Source: an uncultured Bacilli bacterium
GTDB lineage: Bacteria > Bacillota_I > Bacilli_A > RF39 > UBA660
Assembly: GCA_947626035.1 (NCBI GenBank)
Contig: CANQQR010000004.1
Coordinates: 1 to 61,706 of the forward strand
DNA length: 61,706 bases
Direction of reading: 5' to 3'
A program made the translations under genes and the position numbers. Under the pieces are notes generated by a model. The model was not told the origin of the DNA. It was given only the letters and a program-made list of their open reading frames with translations, and did not search any database. Of this stretch, positions 1 to 9,503 are shown in pieces (the stretch's first letter is position 1; each line of letters begins with the position of its first letter).

Positions 1-86
1 TCTTACATAATAAATTAAAAAGTGTGTAATAGTCAATTCAATTAATGAATTAAATATTACACTTATATGGTACCAGGTTTTGCCTA

Positions 87-197
87 ATGAAGTTTAAGAC
101 TTTTATTTTAAGAGTGCTTAGACACATTTGTGCAATATTACTTGAAGTAATCGCACTCGTTGCATTATTGATAGTTTTAAAAAACACTGGAAATTAG
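87..197 (+). CDS. small hydrophobic peptide, 36 aa (MKFKTFILRVLRHICAILLEVIALVALLIVLKNTGN)
   Basis: ATG 87, TAG 195-197. Basic N-terminus plus one TM-like stretch. The diverged paralog at 1045-1146 differs in length by 9 nt (a multiple of 3) and keeps both ends. Weak SD. Confidence 0.3.
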   Translation: MKFKTFILRVLRHICAILLEVIALVALLIVLKNTGN

Positions 198-297
198 TTC
201 CAATGTTTACTAAACATTTTGGGTAAACATTAAAGTAGTTGCTTGAATGCTTCCCTTATGTATTAATATTACCACACAATTATTATTTATACAACAA
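87..297. repeat. direct repeat copy 1 (peptide ORF + 9-bp inverted repeat + promoter-like region)
   Basis: Aligns with 1045-1244. The 3' ~120 nt are near-identical (aaaaacactggaaatta..ccaatgtttac..gtaaacattaaag..gcttgaatgcttcccttatgtattaatattaccaca.aattattatttatacaacaa). Contains AATGTTTAC-N12-GTAAACATT at 202-231. Confidence 0.85.
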
Positions 298-315
298 AAA
301 AATAGGAGGAAATAA

Positions 316-555
316 ATGACTAAAAATGAACAACATGACGATAATTACTATTATAATATTATTAGAAAAAACATCAAAAAATATAGAAAAAATTTAAATT
401 TAACTCAACAAAATTTAGCAGATAAATCTGGTCTAACAATGAATTATATTGCAAAAATAGAGAGTAATAAATTAGAGCGAGGTTTTACTATCGCAACACT
501 AGGCCGAATTGCTGATGCATTAGAAATAGATATAACAAAATTACTAGAAAAATAA
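316..555 (+). CDS. XRE-family helix-turn-helix transcriptional regulator
   Basis: 79-aa ORF with HTH_3-like LNLTQQNLADKSGLTMNYIAKIES. AGGAGG lies 6 nt upstream of the ATG. Confidence 0.8.
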   Translation: MTKNEQHDDNYYYNIIRKNIKKYRKNLNLTQQNLADKSGLTMNYIAKIESNKLERGFTIATLGRIADALEIDITKLLEK

Positions 556-573
556 ATTTAAACAGGTGCCTTT

Positions 574-792
574 ATGAATAGATTAAAAGATTTAAGAGAA
601 GACAAAGATTTAAAACAAAAAGAAATTGCCAAGATATTCAATATAGATCAAAGCAATTATAGTAAATATGAATTAGAAAAAATTAATATACCAATAGATT
701 TATTAAAACAATTTGCAAAATACTATGACACAAGTACTGATTATATTTTAGGATTAACTAATGAAATAAAACCTTACCCTAAAAACAATTAA
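574..792 (+). CDS. XRE-family helix-turn-helix transcriptional regulator
   Basis: 72-aa ORF. LKQKEIAKIFNIDQSNYSKYE plus a C-terminal DYILGLT motif typical of phage-type Cro/CI repressors. Confidence 0.8.
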   Translation: MNRLKDLREDKDLKQKEIAKIFNIDQSNYSKYELEKINIPIDLLKQFAKYYDTSTDYILGLTNEIKPYPKNN

Positions 793-819
793 CTTATAAT
801 TTTTTTTAAACTTTTTTCT

Positions 820-851
820 CATACCAAAATTTAAAATTGGTATGCTTTTTG
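820..851 (+). terminator. rho-independent terminator after the XRE pair
   Basis: CATACCAA (820-827) / TTGGTATG (837-844), an 8-bp stem with a 9-nt loop, followed by CTTTTTG. Confidence 0.7.
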
Positions 852-1044
852 TATTACATTTGTACTATTTTTGTATTTTATTTGGTATAAATGTATATTA
901 TTTTGGTACAAAATTAATGTTCAAAATTCAATTTTGGAAAATTTGACTTTAATAAATACTTGTGTTAGTCTATAGAACTATGGGAAGTATTTAAGTAACC
1001 TTTGGTGTTTACCTTTTCTTTTAATAAATGAGAGGTTTTACAAA

Positions 1045-1146
1045 GTGAAGTTTAAGTTCTTTTTCTTAAGAGTGCTTGAACGCATTATTGTGATATTATT
1101 CGAAATAATAATTATTATTTTGATAATAAAAAACACTGGAAATTAA
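1045..1146 (+). CDS. small hydrophobic peptide paralog, 33 aa (GTG start; MKFKFFFLRVLERIIVILFEIIIIILIIKNTGN)
   Basis: GAGAGG lies 9 nt upstream of the GTG. Protein-level conservation with 87-197 despite nucleotide divergence in the middle. Confidence 0.3.
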   Translation: MKFKFFFLRVLERIIVILFEIIIIILIIKNTGN

Positions 1147-1244
1147 TCCAATGTTTACAAAACATTTTAGGTAAACATTAAAGCAGTGCTTGAATGCTTC
1201 CCTTATGTATTAATATTACCACAAAATTATTATTTATACAACAA
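1045..1244. repeat. direct repeat copy 2
   Basis: See 87-297. Inverted repeat AATGTTTAC-N12-GTAAACATT at 1150-1179. Confidence 0.85.
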
Positions 1245-1280
1245 TGAAATAAAGAGATATAAATTTAACTAAGAGAATAT

Positions 1281-1343
1281 ATGAATAGACTAAAAGACCT
1301 ACGAGAAGACCACGACTTAAATTACCCAAAAATAGAAAAATAA
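1281..1343 (+). pseudogene. truncated duplicate of the 574-792 XRE gene (first ~10 codons conserved, then early stop)
   Basis: ATGAATAGACTAAAAGACCTACGAGAAGAC.. encodes MNRLKDLRED, the same as the N-terminus of the 574 ORF. Stop after 20 codons. Confidence 0.6.
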
Positions 1344-1420
1344 CCAACATACCTAAACAAAAGGTATTTTTTTCATAAAAAAAACATCAAGCAATAAATC
1401 ACTCAATGTCCTTAATAAAT

Positions 1421-2134
1421 TTAACCTTTTATCTTTTTAAGTTCCTCATAATACATTGCTGTACTTACTGAAACATAAGGTCCTACATAAATAATTGCAA
1501 TACCAAAAGTAAAGAGAACTAATAAAAACCAACCTATAAAACTTAAAATAAACATAAAATAATCTAACTTATAACCATTAGTCAATCTCTTACTTTCACT
1601 AAGTGCATCCATTGCATTAATATCAGGATTATCTACAAAAATATAAAATACCATACTATAACTTAAAGCAGCAATAATCCCAGGAATAACAAACAATATA
1701 GACCATAAGCAAACTAACACACCAACTAACAATGAAATTGCTAAAACAGGTCCAAACATACCATAATACTTCACTAAATCATTAACAGAATATTCTTTAC
1801 CTCTAATAAAATTCAAAAAATAAGCAATAACCCCAACGCTAAGTGGTAAACTAACAAGCTCCAATATCAAAGTAACAACTAAACCTAACATAGAATCTTC
1901 TTCAAACATTCCACTAATAAATCCACTCACAAAACTAACAAGCATCACTACAAGCAAAGGAATTAACAAATTCCATAAATTATTATTAAGCTTAGCCTTA
2001 GCAGCCTCTTTCAAACTAGCTCTATTGATAACACCATTAGAACTAATCCTCTCATTAACTATCTTTCCACACTTAACACAAACATCAGCACCATCTTTTA
2101 ACTCTTCTCCACAATTTGGACAAAACTTAGCCAT
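1421..2134 (-). CDS. membrane protein with N-terminal zinc ribbon (DUF975-like)
   Basis: CPNCG..x..CVKCG zinc ribbon, then LKEAAKAKLNNNLWNLLIPLLV and multiple TM segments resembling DUF975 proteins. Confidence 0.5.
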   Translation of the reverse strand: MAKFCPNCGEELKDGADVCVKCGKIVNERISSNGVINRASLKEAAKAKLNNNLWNLLIPLLVVMLVSFVSGFISGMFEEDSMLGLVVTLILELVSLPLSVGVIAYFLNFIRGKEYSVNDLVKYYGMFGPVLAISLLVGVLVCLWSILFVIPGIIAALSYSMVFYIFVDNPDINAMDALSESKRLTNGYKLDYFMFILSFIGWFLLVLFTFGIAIIYVGPYVSVSTAMYYEELKKIKG

Positions 2135-2184
2135 ATAAAATACCTCCTATTAAGAAACATTATACTACTTAAATCACTTATTTA

Positions 2185-3285
2185 CTATACATTAAATCTA
2201 AAATAACAAATATCGCCATCTTGCATAACATAATCTTTTCCCTCAAGTCTCACTTTACCTGCTTCCTTAACCTTAACTTCACTACCAAACTCTACTAAAT
2301 CATCATAACTCATAACCTCAGCCTTAATAAAGCCTCTCATAAAATCTGTATGTATAATACCAGCACACTCAGGAGCTTTCATACCATTCTTAAAAGTCCA
2401 AGCCCTAACTTCATCCTTACCAACAGTAAAAAATGTACTAAGTCCTAAAATCTTATAAGTAGTATTAATAAGCTTATCAAGTCCACTCTCCATAATACCA
2501 AGTTCACTCAAAAACACCTTTTTCTCATCATCCGGTAACTCAACAAGCTCAGACTCAATCTTTGCACACATCAATATAACTGGAGCATTAGAACTACTAA
2601 CATAATCTTTAACCTTATCTACATAAGGATTACTTCCATTAACTAAATCAACCTCATTAACATTCGCTAAATAAATAACAGGTTTCAAAGTAATAAAATT
2701 AAAAGCCTTAATAACCAAAAGTTCCTCATCACTAAACTCTAAACTTCTAAGACTACCACCTTTAACCAAACACTCTTTACACTTATTCAAAACCTCTATT
2801 TCATAAAGAAGTTCCTTATCTTTTCCAGTCTGAGCCTTTTTAACAATCTTATCAAGCCTATTATTTAAAATCTCCAAATCAGAAATAGCAAGCTCCAAAT
2901 TAATAATATCAATATCTCTTACAGGATCAATATCTCCCTCAACATGAATAATATCTTTATCAACAAAACATCTAACAACATGTATAATAGCATCCACTTC
3001 TCTAATATGACTCAAAAACTTATTACCAAGACCCTCTCCATTACTAGCACCCTTAACAAGTCCAGCAATATCAGTAAACTCATACTGTGTAGGAATAGTC
3101 CTTTCTGGCATAAACATATTCTCTAAAACCTCTAACCTCTTATCAGGAACAACAACAGTTCCCAAATTCGGATCAATAGTCGCAAAAGGATAATTTGCAG
3201 CTAAAATATTCTTCTTAGTAATAGCATTAAAAAGTGTACTCTTTCCAACATTAGGCATCCCAATAATACCAGCTTTAAGTGACAT
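2185..3285 (-). CDS. ychF: ribosome-binding ATPase YchF
   Basis: 366 aa. [17 protein letters not shown]-loop, [10 protein letters not shown], conserved C-terminal TGS-like end ..[11 protein letters not shown]. Confidence 0.95.
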   Translation of the reverse strand: MSLKAGIIGMPNVGKSTLFNAITKKNILAANYPFATIDPNLGTVVVPDKRLEVLENMFMPERTIPTQYEFTDIAGLVKGASNGEGLGNKFLSHIREVDAIIHVVRCFVDKDIIHVEGDIDPVRDIDIINLELAISDLEILNNRLDKIVKKAQTGKDKELLYEIEVLNKCKECLVKGGSLRSLEFSDEELLVIKAFNFITLKPVIYLANVNEVDLVNGSNPYVDKVKDYVSSSNAPVILMCAKIESELVELPDDEKKVFLSELGIMESGLDKLINTTYKILGLSTFFTVGKDEVRAWTFKNGMKAPECAGIIHTDFMRGFIKAEVMSYDDLVEFGSEVKVKEAGKVRLEGKDYVMQDGDICYFRFNV

Positions 3286-3303
3286 TCAAATCCCCTCCAA
3301 AAT

Positions 3304-4833
3304 CTAAAATACTAACCCTGGTGTACTTCCAATACCAATAGGAACCCCAGTAATATAAAATCCTACTATCAAAATAAACCACATTATAAACATATAAATA
3401 CCATAACTCTTCATATACTTAAAAGACCCAAACAAAGTAATTTGATTACCCTTATCATACTTCTCCATATATGCAATATAAATAACATAATACATCATAA
3501 TAGGTGTAAACGCCATAGACAAACTAGACCCAGCAACAAACACCACTTGTGCAAACTCAGGACTAATACTAGCATTCATTAAAGCAGGAACAACTTGTGT
3601 ACTCATAATTTGCCACTTACCTTGTAACCCTGTATAAAATAAACCAACAACAATAGACAAAATAAACAAGAAAATAACAAGACTAAGTCCACTAAAACTA
3701 AACATATCAGTCAAATGAGTAAGAAGTGCAACAACTACCACACCAATATTACTTTGCTCAAAAGTACTAATAAACAAACTAGCAACAAATATCAAAACAA
3801 TAATACTTCCAATCCCATCCAAACTATAACTCAAACACTCACTAATATCTTTATTAGTTCTAACAGTCTTACTAACAAAACCATAAGCAAGTCCTACAAC
3901 AATAAACAAGAAAGTAATAATAAACACAAAACCTTGATTAAACAAAGAATTAGCCCCAAATAACTTATCAATATAATAAGTTCCATTACTATCTAACAAT
4001 TGTCCACTAAAAGGAAGTCCTGGTATAATCATATAAATAACTAAAAGCAAATACAAAATAGCCGCACCAATACCAATAATTAAACCTCTAAGCTCTCTAT
4101 TAGAAAACTTAACCTTATCTAAAGTTTCAACCTCATCAAACTCATACTTTCCAAGCTTAGGCATAATCACTCTCTCAGTAACCCTAGTCATAAGAATAGA
4201 ACCTATAACCAAAGCAGCAAGCATAATAAACAATTGAAAATTAATACCAATACTATACCCCTCATCTATAACTCTAGCCGCAGTAAGAGTCAAATTTAAA
4301 AGTGTAGTCTCTTGACTAGTCAAAAATACATTAATTCCATACCCAAAACACACACCTGCAAAACTTGCAATAATACCTCCAAAAGGATGCCTATGTCCAT
4401 ACTTAAAAAGCATAGCCCCAACAGGAAGCATCAAAACAAACCCTATATTACCAAACAAACTTGATAATATACTAATAAAAATCAACATAAATGTTATACT
4501 ATTCTTTCTAAAATTCTGTGTAATTAAAGTAAAGAAAGTCCTAGCAAAACCACTCTTCTCCAAAACACCAATACCAATCAATATAATAATAAGTGTACTA
4601 AGTGGCGCAAAATTAACAAAATTAGAAACAGTATGTGTAATAATATACTTAATTCCACTAGTACTAAGTAAATTAGTAACCCCAATAACATTATTTGAAA
4701 GTGTATTAGTATAATCATTAACAGTACTATATTCAGCCTGTAAATCAAACAAAGATAACACAAAACTTAAAATTATAGTTACAAAAGTCATAAGTATAAA
4801 TATAAATATAGGACTAAATTTTTTATTTTTCAT
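3304..4833 (-). CDS. AbgT-family transporter
   Basis: Polytopic protein. FAPLSTLIIILIGIGVLEKSGF and GHRHPFGGIIASFAGVCFGYGINVF match AbgT signatures. Start moved to ATG 4833 (GGTGGA SD) instead of the ORF-track 4863. Confidence 0.75.
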   Translation of the reverse strand: MKNKKFSPIFIFILMTFVTIILSFVLSLFDLQAEYSTVNDYTNTLSNNVIGVTNLLSTSGIKYIITHTVSNFVNFAPLSTLIIILIGIGVLEKSGFARTFFTLITQNFRKNSITFMLIFISILSSLFGNIGFVLMLPVGAMLFKYGHRHPFGGIIASFAGVCFGYGINVFLTSQETTLLNLTLTAARVIDEGYSIGINFQLFIMLAALVIGSILMTRVTERVIMPKLGKYEFDEVETLDKVKFSNRELRGLIIGIGAAILYLLLVIYMIIPGLPFSGQLLDSNGTYYIDKLFGANSLFNQGFVFIITFLFIVVGLAYGFVSKTVRTNKDISECLSYSLDGIGSIIVLIFVASLFISTFEQSNIGVVVVALLTHLTDMFSFSGLSLVIFLFILSIVVGLFYTGLQGKWQIMSTQVVPALMNASISPEFAQVVFVAGSSLSMAFTPIMMYYVIYIAYMEKYDKGNQITLFGSFKYMKSYGIYMFIMWFILIVGFYITGVPIGIGSTPGLVF

Positions 4834-5008
4834 TTTCCACCACTTTCTTAAGCTTACGTTCAAACTCTATTCTATCCATCATAATAGTTCTACCACACTT
4901 AATACATCTAAGTTTAATATCAACACCCATCCTAATAACTTCCCAAGCATTCTCTCCACATGGATGTCCTTTCTTCATTACCACAATACTATTTAAGCCG
5001 TATTTCAT
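4823..5008 (-). CDS. DUF951-family small protein
   Basis: 61 aa. KKGHPCGENAWEVIRMGVDIKLRCIKCGR is the typical DUF951 motif. Conserved position between parB and ychF. Confidence 0.75.
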   Translation of the reverse strand: MKYGLNSIVVMKKGHPCGENAWEVIRMGVDIKLRCIKCGRTIMMDRIEFERKLKKVVENEK

Positions 5009-5015
5009 AAATCAC

Positions 5016-5903
5016 CTAATCCAAGTCTATTTGAATATTTAAAATCTCTAATATTCTCTCTAAATCTTTATCACTATCAAAAGGAATAACAATATTATTC
5101 TTATTAACCTTAACCATAGTACCTATCTTCTCCCTCATAGAATGTTCTACCACATTATACTTAGGATCCTTAACCTCTTTTTTCTTAATAACATTCTTCT
5201 TCTCAAAGTCTCCATTAGTTACTAAATCCTCTAGCTCTCTAACACTCATATTCTTCTTAACAACATCCTCTGCTAAAGTAACAATCTTATCTTCATCATT
5301 AAGCTTACTCAAACACCTAGCATGCCCCATACTAATCTCATCAGACAAAACCATATCTTGAACTTTCTTAGGTAAACTCAAAATACCCAAAATATTAGTA
5401 ACATGACTTCTACTCTTACCTATTTTATTCGCTAACTCTTCCTGTGTCAAGTGCATAGTACTAATCATATTCTTATAAGCCATAGCTTCTTCAATAATAT
5501 TAAGATTTTCACGTTGAATATTCTCTAAAATAGCTATACTCATCATCTCATCATCAGTAAAATCTCTAACAATCGCAGGAACAGTCTCAAGCCCAGCCTT
5601 TTTAGCAGCTAAACTTCTCCTCTCTCCTGCAATAATCTCATAACCTTTAATACTCTTTTTAACAATAATAGGTTGAATAACACCATACTCTTTAACACTA
5701 CGTGTAAGCTCATCTAACTTCTCTGGATCAAACACCTTTCTAGGTTGATAAGGGTTACTTCTAAGCTCATTCAAATTAACTTGTATAACATCCTCTTTAC
5801 TACTAGCTTCAACTACACTCTTCTCAAACTCATCAATATTAAAAGCTTCATTACTAAATAGTTGCTCTAACCCTTTCCCCAGTGCTCTCCTCTTTGTTTC
5901 CAT
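5016..5903 (-). CDS. parB: chromosome partitioning protein ParB/Spo0J
   Basis: RRALGKGLEQLF N-terminus, GERRSLAAKKAGL ParB box, HTH QEELANKIGKSRSHVTN. Start taken at METKRR. Confidence 0.9.
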   Translation of the reverse strand: METKRRALGKGLEQLFSNEAFNIDEFEKSVVEASSKEDVIQVNLNELRSNPYQPRKVFDPEKLDELTRSVKEYGVIQPIIVKKSIKGYEIIAGERRSLAAKKAGLETVPAIVRDFTDDEMMSIAILENIQRENLNIIEEAMAYKNMISTMHLTQEELANKIGKSRSHVTNILGILSLPKKVQDMVLSDEISMGHARCLSKLNDEDKIVTLAEDVVKKNMSVRELEDLVTNGDFEKKNVIKKKEVKDPKYNVVEHSMREKIGTMVKVNKNNIVIPFDSDKDLERILEILNIQIDLD

Positions 5904-6678
5904 CTCTCTCAATCACTTCCTTTGCTAAATTTATATAAGCAAGTGCTCCTCTACATTTAGGATCATACTCTAAAATTGGCTTACCATGACTTGGCGCTTC
6001 AACTAGCCTAACAAGTCTTGGAATAATTGTATTAAACACTTTTTCTTTAAAAAATTTTCTAACATCCTCTACAACCTCAAGTCCAACTAAAGTCCTACCA
6101 TCAAGCATGGTAAGAAGTACCCCCTCAATATCTAACTTAGGATTAATCTTACTCTGAGTAAGTAAAATCGTATTTAATAATTGTGTAACACCCTCAAGAG
6201 AATAATACTCACATTGAACAGGAATCAAAACACTATCACTAGCCGCAAGTGCATTAGTAGTTAAAACACCAAGTGCAGGCGGACAATCTATCAATATATA
6301 ATCATACCTATCTTTAATAGAATCAATCTGTATCTTTAACTGATCCCCTATAACAAAATCTTTCTCTTGACTAGCAGTTTGTATCATTTCAATCTCAGCA
6401 CCACTAAGAAAAATCATAGATGGAACAATACTAAGATTTTTAAACTTAGTCTTTATAATTGCATCCTTAATATCACAACTATGAATAATAACATCATAAA
6501 TACTCTTACTAATCTCTGCCTTATTAAGACCTAGTCCAGTAGTACTATTACTTTGTGGATCCAAATCAATTAATAAAACTTTTTTACCTAAATGCCCTAA
6601 AGCACTACTCAAGTTAATACTAGTAGTAGTTTTACCTACTCCACCTTTTTGATTAACAAGTGATATAACCTTTCCCAT
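5854..6678 (-). CDS. parA: chromosome partitioning ATPase ParA/Soj
   Basis: NQKGGVGKTTTSINL deviant Walker A, DCPPALG. The 3' end overlaps the parB start by ~50 nt. Confidence 0.9.
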   Translation of the reverse strand: MGKVISLVNQKGGVGKTTTSINLSSALGHLGKKVLLIDLDPQSNSTTGLGLNKAEISKSIYDVIIHSCDIKDAIIKTKFKNLSIVPSMIFLSGAEIEMIQTASQEKDFVIGDQLKIQIDSIKDRYDYILIDCPPALGVLTTNALAASDSVLIPVQCEYYSLEGVTQLLNTILLTQSKINPKLDIEGVLLTMLDGRTLVGLEVVEDVRKFFKEKVFNTIIPRLVRLVEAPSHGKPILEYDPKCRGALAYINLAKEVIERDGNKEESTGERVRATI

Positions 6679-6877
6679 AATACTACCTCGCTATAAAATA
6701 ATTTTAGCACATTTAAGAGTATTTTAAAACATATTTTAACTCTATTTTTTTACCTTGTGCTCTTATATTATATAATAAGAAAAAAAACTAGTCACTAATA
6801 AATTAAAGATTTTTAAAAATATTTAAAAGAAAATAGAATAAAGAATATAAAAGAAAAAACAACACATACTAAAAAAG

Positions 6878-8182
6878 GTGATAAACGTGAACTACAAAAA
6901 CTTTAACAAAAACTTATTTAACTTTATAGAAAACTCAACATGTGCATTTACTGGAATATTAAAAATAAAAGAAATACTACTAGAAAACAACTTTATAGAA
7001 CTAGACGAATTCAAAAAATGGTCTTTAGACCCAAACAAAAAATACTTTATAACAAGATCTGATGCATCCATAATAGCATTCACTTTAGGAAATGGCAATA
7101 CTTATAACATAGCTTGCACACACATAGATACCCCATCTCTTAAAATAAAACCTAAAAACACAATATATGAAAAAAATTATCTAAAAGTAAACATTACCCC
7201 ATATGGAGGTTTACTAGACTACGCATGGCTAGACACTCCACTTTCTATATCAGGAAGAATAATAATAAGAAAAAATGACAACTACTACAAAAAAATAGTA
7301 GACTTTAAAAGACCACTACTATGCATCCCTAGCCTTGCAATACACCAAAACAGTGAAGCAAACACTAACTTTAACATAAATGAACAAAATGACATGCTAC
7401 CAATAATATCACTAAAAAACACAAAAGACCCTATAAATGACTTAATAAAAGAAGAACTAAAACTAAGCTCCTTAGAAGAAATATGTGACTACGATTTATT
7501 CTTATACGTAACACACAAACCAAAATATTTTGGACTAGAAAATGAATTCATACTATCTCCTAGAATTGACGACATATCTTCTACATACTGTGCCCTAAAA
7601 GCTTTCATAGATAACTCTGTAACATCAAAAAACAACATATTCTGTGCATTTAACAGTGAAGAAATAGGTTCACTAACAACAGAAGGAGCAGACTCATCAT
7701 TTCTAATGGACACACTAAAAAGAATAGCAAAAGAAACAAAAAAAGACCTACCACTATCTATATCTAACTCTATAATATTAAGTGTAGACAACACTCATGC
7801 ACTACACCCAAATAAACCAGAAAAAAGTGATACCAACAACCTAGCACTACTAAACAAAGGAATAGTAATATCAAAAGACTGTGAAAGTCCAACAAACAGT
7901 ATCACTTCTTCAATAATAAAAGGAATATGCACAAAAGCAAAAGTTCCTTACCAAGACTTCGTAACAAAAAACGACATGACAAGTGGGAGCACACTATCAG
8001 GAATAAACCTAAGACACGTAAGCATTGACTCAGTAGACATAGGCCTTGCACAACTAGCAATGCATGGTGGAATGGAAATAATAGGCTCACTTGATCCATA
8101 CTATCTATACACTGCACTAAAAAAATTCTACACAACAAACATAATAAAAGACAAAAACAAAATAACCTTAAACTTCTTCTAA
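6878..8182 (+). CDS. M18-family aminopeptidase
   Basis: 434 aa. HIDTPSLKIKP, ITPYGGLLDYAWLDTPLSISGR, IPSLAIH, SVDNTHALHPN, DIGLAQLAMHG. Alternative GTG start at 6887 behind AAAGGTGA. Confidence 0.7.
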   Translation: MINVNYKNFNKNLFNFIENSTCAFTGILKIKEILLENNFIELDEFKKWSLDPNKKYFITRSDASIIAFTLGNGNTYNIACTHIDTPSLKIKPKNTIYEKNYLKVNITPYGGLLDYAWLDTPLSISGRIIIRKNDNYYKKIVDFKRPLLCIPSLAIHQNSEANTNFNINEQNDMLPIISLKNTKDPINDLIKEELKLSSLEEICDYDLFLYVTHKPKYFGLENEFILSPRIDDISSTYCALKAFIDNSVTSKNNIFCAFNSEEIGSLTTEGADSSFLMDTLKRIAKETKKDLPLSISNSIILSVDNTHALHPNKPEKSDTNNLALLNKGIVISKDCESPTNSITSSIIKGICTKAKVPYQDFVTKNDMTSGSTLSGINLRHVSIDSVDIGLAQLAMHGGMEIIGSLDPYYLYTALKKFYTTNIIKDKNKITLNFF

Positions 8183-9367
8183 CAACCAAAGAATAACATT
8201 CTTATGAATAATACCATTCTGTGAATAATCTATTTTATCAGTTGATATAACATACTTAGGGTAATTATCATCAATATTATCAAAAGCACCAAACTCTCTT
8301 ACTTCTGTCTTCTCATCCGCTAAAGTAAATGCTACTTGATAATATTCTTTTTTATTATGTTTAGTTGCAATAAAATCAATTTCCTTACCATTATTATTTC
8401 CTACACTAACATCATAACCACGATTAACTAACTCATTAAACACAATATTCTCTAAATATGCACCATATTGTGTTTTTTTATTAACATTTAAAATTTGTCC
8501 TAACCCTAAATCAGTTAAATAATACTTATCCTTACGTGACAAAATTCTTTTTCCTCTCACATCATAAGTAGAAACTCTACTCATTAATATAGAAGACACC
8601 GCATAATCTAAACATTCATAAACAGTCTTAGAAGAAACTGGTATCTTTTCCTTTGCAAACTCTCCTAACATATTTTTAGGAGAAAACACTTGAGATGGAT
8701 TAGTAACTAAATATTCCATAATCCTTTCAAATATATTTAAATTAAGAATATTATTCCTCTTAACAATATCTTTTAACACAATAGAAGAAAAAACATCCCT
8801 TAAATAATTATTCCTTGCTTCCTCTGTCACAAAATCAAACCTCTGAGGCATACCTCCCCACATTAAATAATCATTAAAAGCATCCTCCACATCCTGTTTA
8901 TCACTTATTCCCTTTAATAACACAACTTCCTTAAAAGAAAAAGGATTAATCAAAAAAGAAACATATCTTCCAGAAAGTAATGTAGCAAGTTCACTAGAAA
9001 GCAATTTAGAATTTGAACCAGTAATAAATATAGAAACATTTAAAGTAGCCTTAAATGAATTAATTGCTTTTTCCCATTCACTCACTAACTCTATCTCATC
9101 AAAAAATAAATAATACTTTTCTTTATCACTAATTTTATCTTTAACGAACTTATTTAAATCCATATAATCATTAATAAAAGAATACTCAACATCCTCAAAA
9201 TTAACATATATAATATGTTCATCATCAATTTTACTATCGCGAATCTCATCAATAATTTGCTTTAACAAAACTGATTTACCACATCTTCTTATTCCAATAA
9301 TAACCTTAATAATATCTAAAGAATAAAATTCTCTAATCCTCTTCAAATACATTTCTCTTTTTATCAT
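8168..9367 (-). CDS. AAA-family ATPase (AAA_14/DUF4143 type)
   Basis: GIRRCGKSVLL Walker A, LFFDEIELV Walker B, long C-terminal domain. ATG 9367 preferred over the ORF-track GTG 9379. Confidence 0.7.
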   Translation of the reverse strand: MIKREMYLKRIREFYSLDIIKVIIGIRRCGKSVLLKQIIDEIRDSKIDDEHIIYVNFEDVEYSFINDYMDLNKFVKDKISDKEKYYLFFDEIELVSEWEKAINSFKATLNVSIFITGSNSKLLSSELATLLSGRYVSFLINPFSFKEVVLLKGISDKQDVEDAFNDYLMWGGMPQRFDFVTEEARNNYLRDVFSSIVLKDIVKRNNILNLNIFERIMEYLVTNPSQVFSPKNMLGEFAKEKIPVSSKTVYECLDYAVSSILMSRVSTYDVRGKRILSRKDKYYLTDLGLGQILNVNKKTQYGAYLENIVFNELVNRGYDVSVGNNNGKEIDFIATKHNKKEYYQVAFTLADEKTEVREFGAFDNIDDNYPKYVISTDKIDYSQNGIIHKNVILWLLEEV

Positions 9368-9475
9368 AATCAACACCACTTACATTTTAAAACATAAAAC
9401 ATAAAAAGTCAACATATTTTCTTACAGGAAAATAAACCCGCAAAAATTACTTCATATTTTCCTACAAGAAAACAT

Positions 9476-9503
9476 AGAAAAAGAGTAGAAAACACATCTA
9501 CTC
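9476..9503 (-). terminator. rho-independent terminator of ftsH (stem overlaps the stop codon)
   Basis: Coding-strand GAGTAGA-TGTGTTT-TCTACTC followed by TTTTTC. Confidence 0.6.

Noticed and set aside
5854-5903. The ~50-nt overlap between the parA 3' end and the parB start, as a possible frameshift or mis-assembly.
   Set aside because: Both proteins are full length, with normal N- and C-terminal motifs. The overlap only reflects a slightly extended ParA tail, and there is no disrupted frame.
5016-6878. Searched the parA-parB region and the other CACGTG-containing sites (10685, 32770, 36050) for a parS site (TGTTNCACGTGAAACA).
   Set aside because: The best candidate (ATTTTCACGTTGAATA near 5505-5520) is not palindromic and has too many mismatches. 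No convincing parS is present in the window.
9413-9474. The direct 20-nt repeat CATATTTTC(T/C)TACA(G/A)GAAAA (two copies 41 nt apart) upstream of the AAA-ATPase gene.
   Set aside because: There are only two imperfect copies in AT-rich intergenic DNA. It is a possible operator, but there is nothing beyond the repeat itself to support a function.
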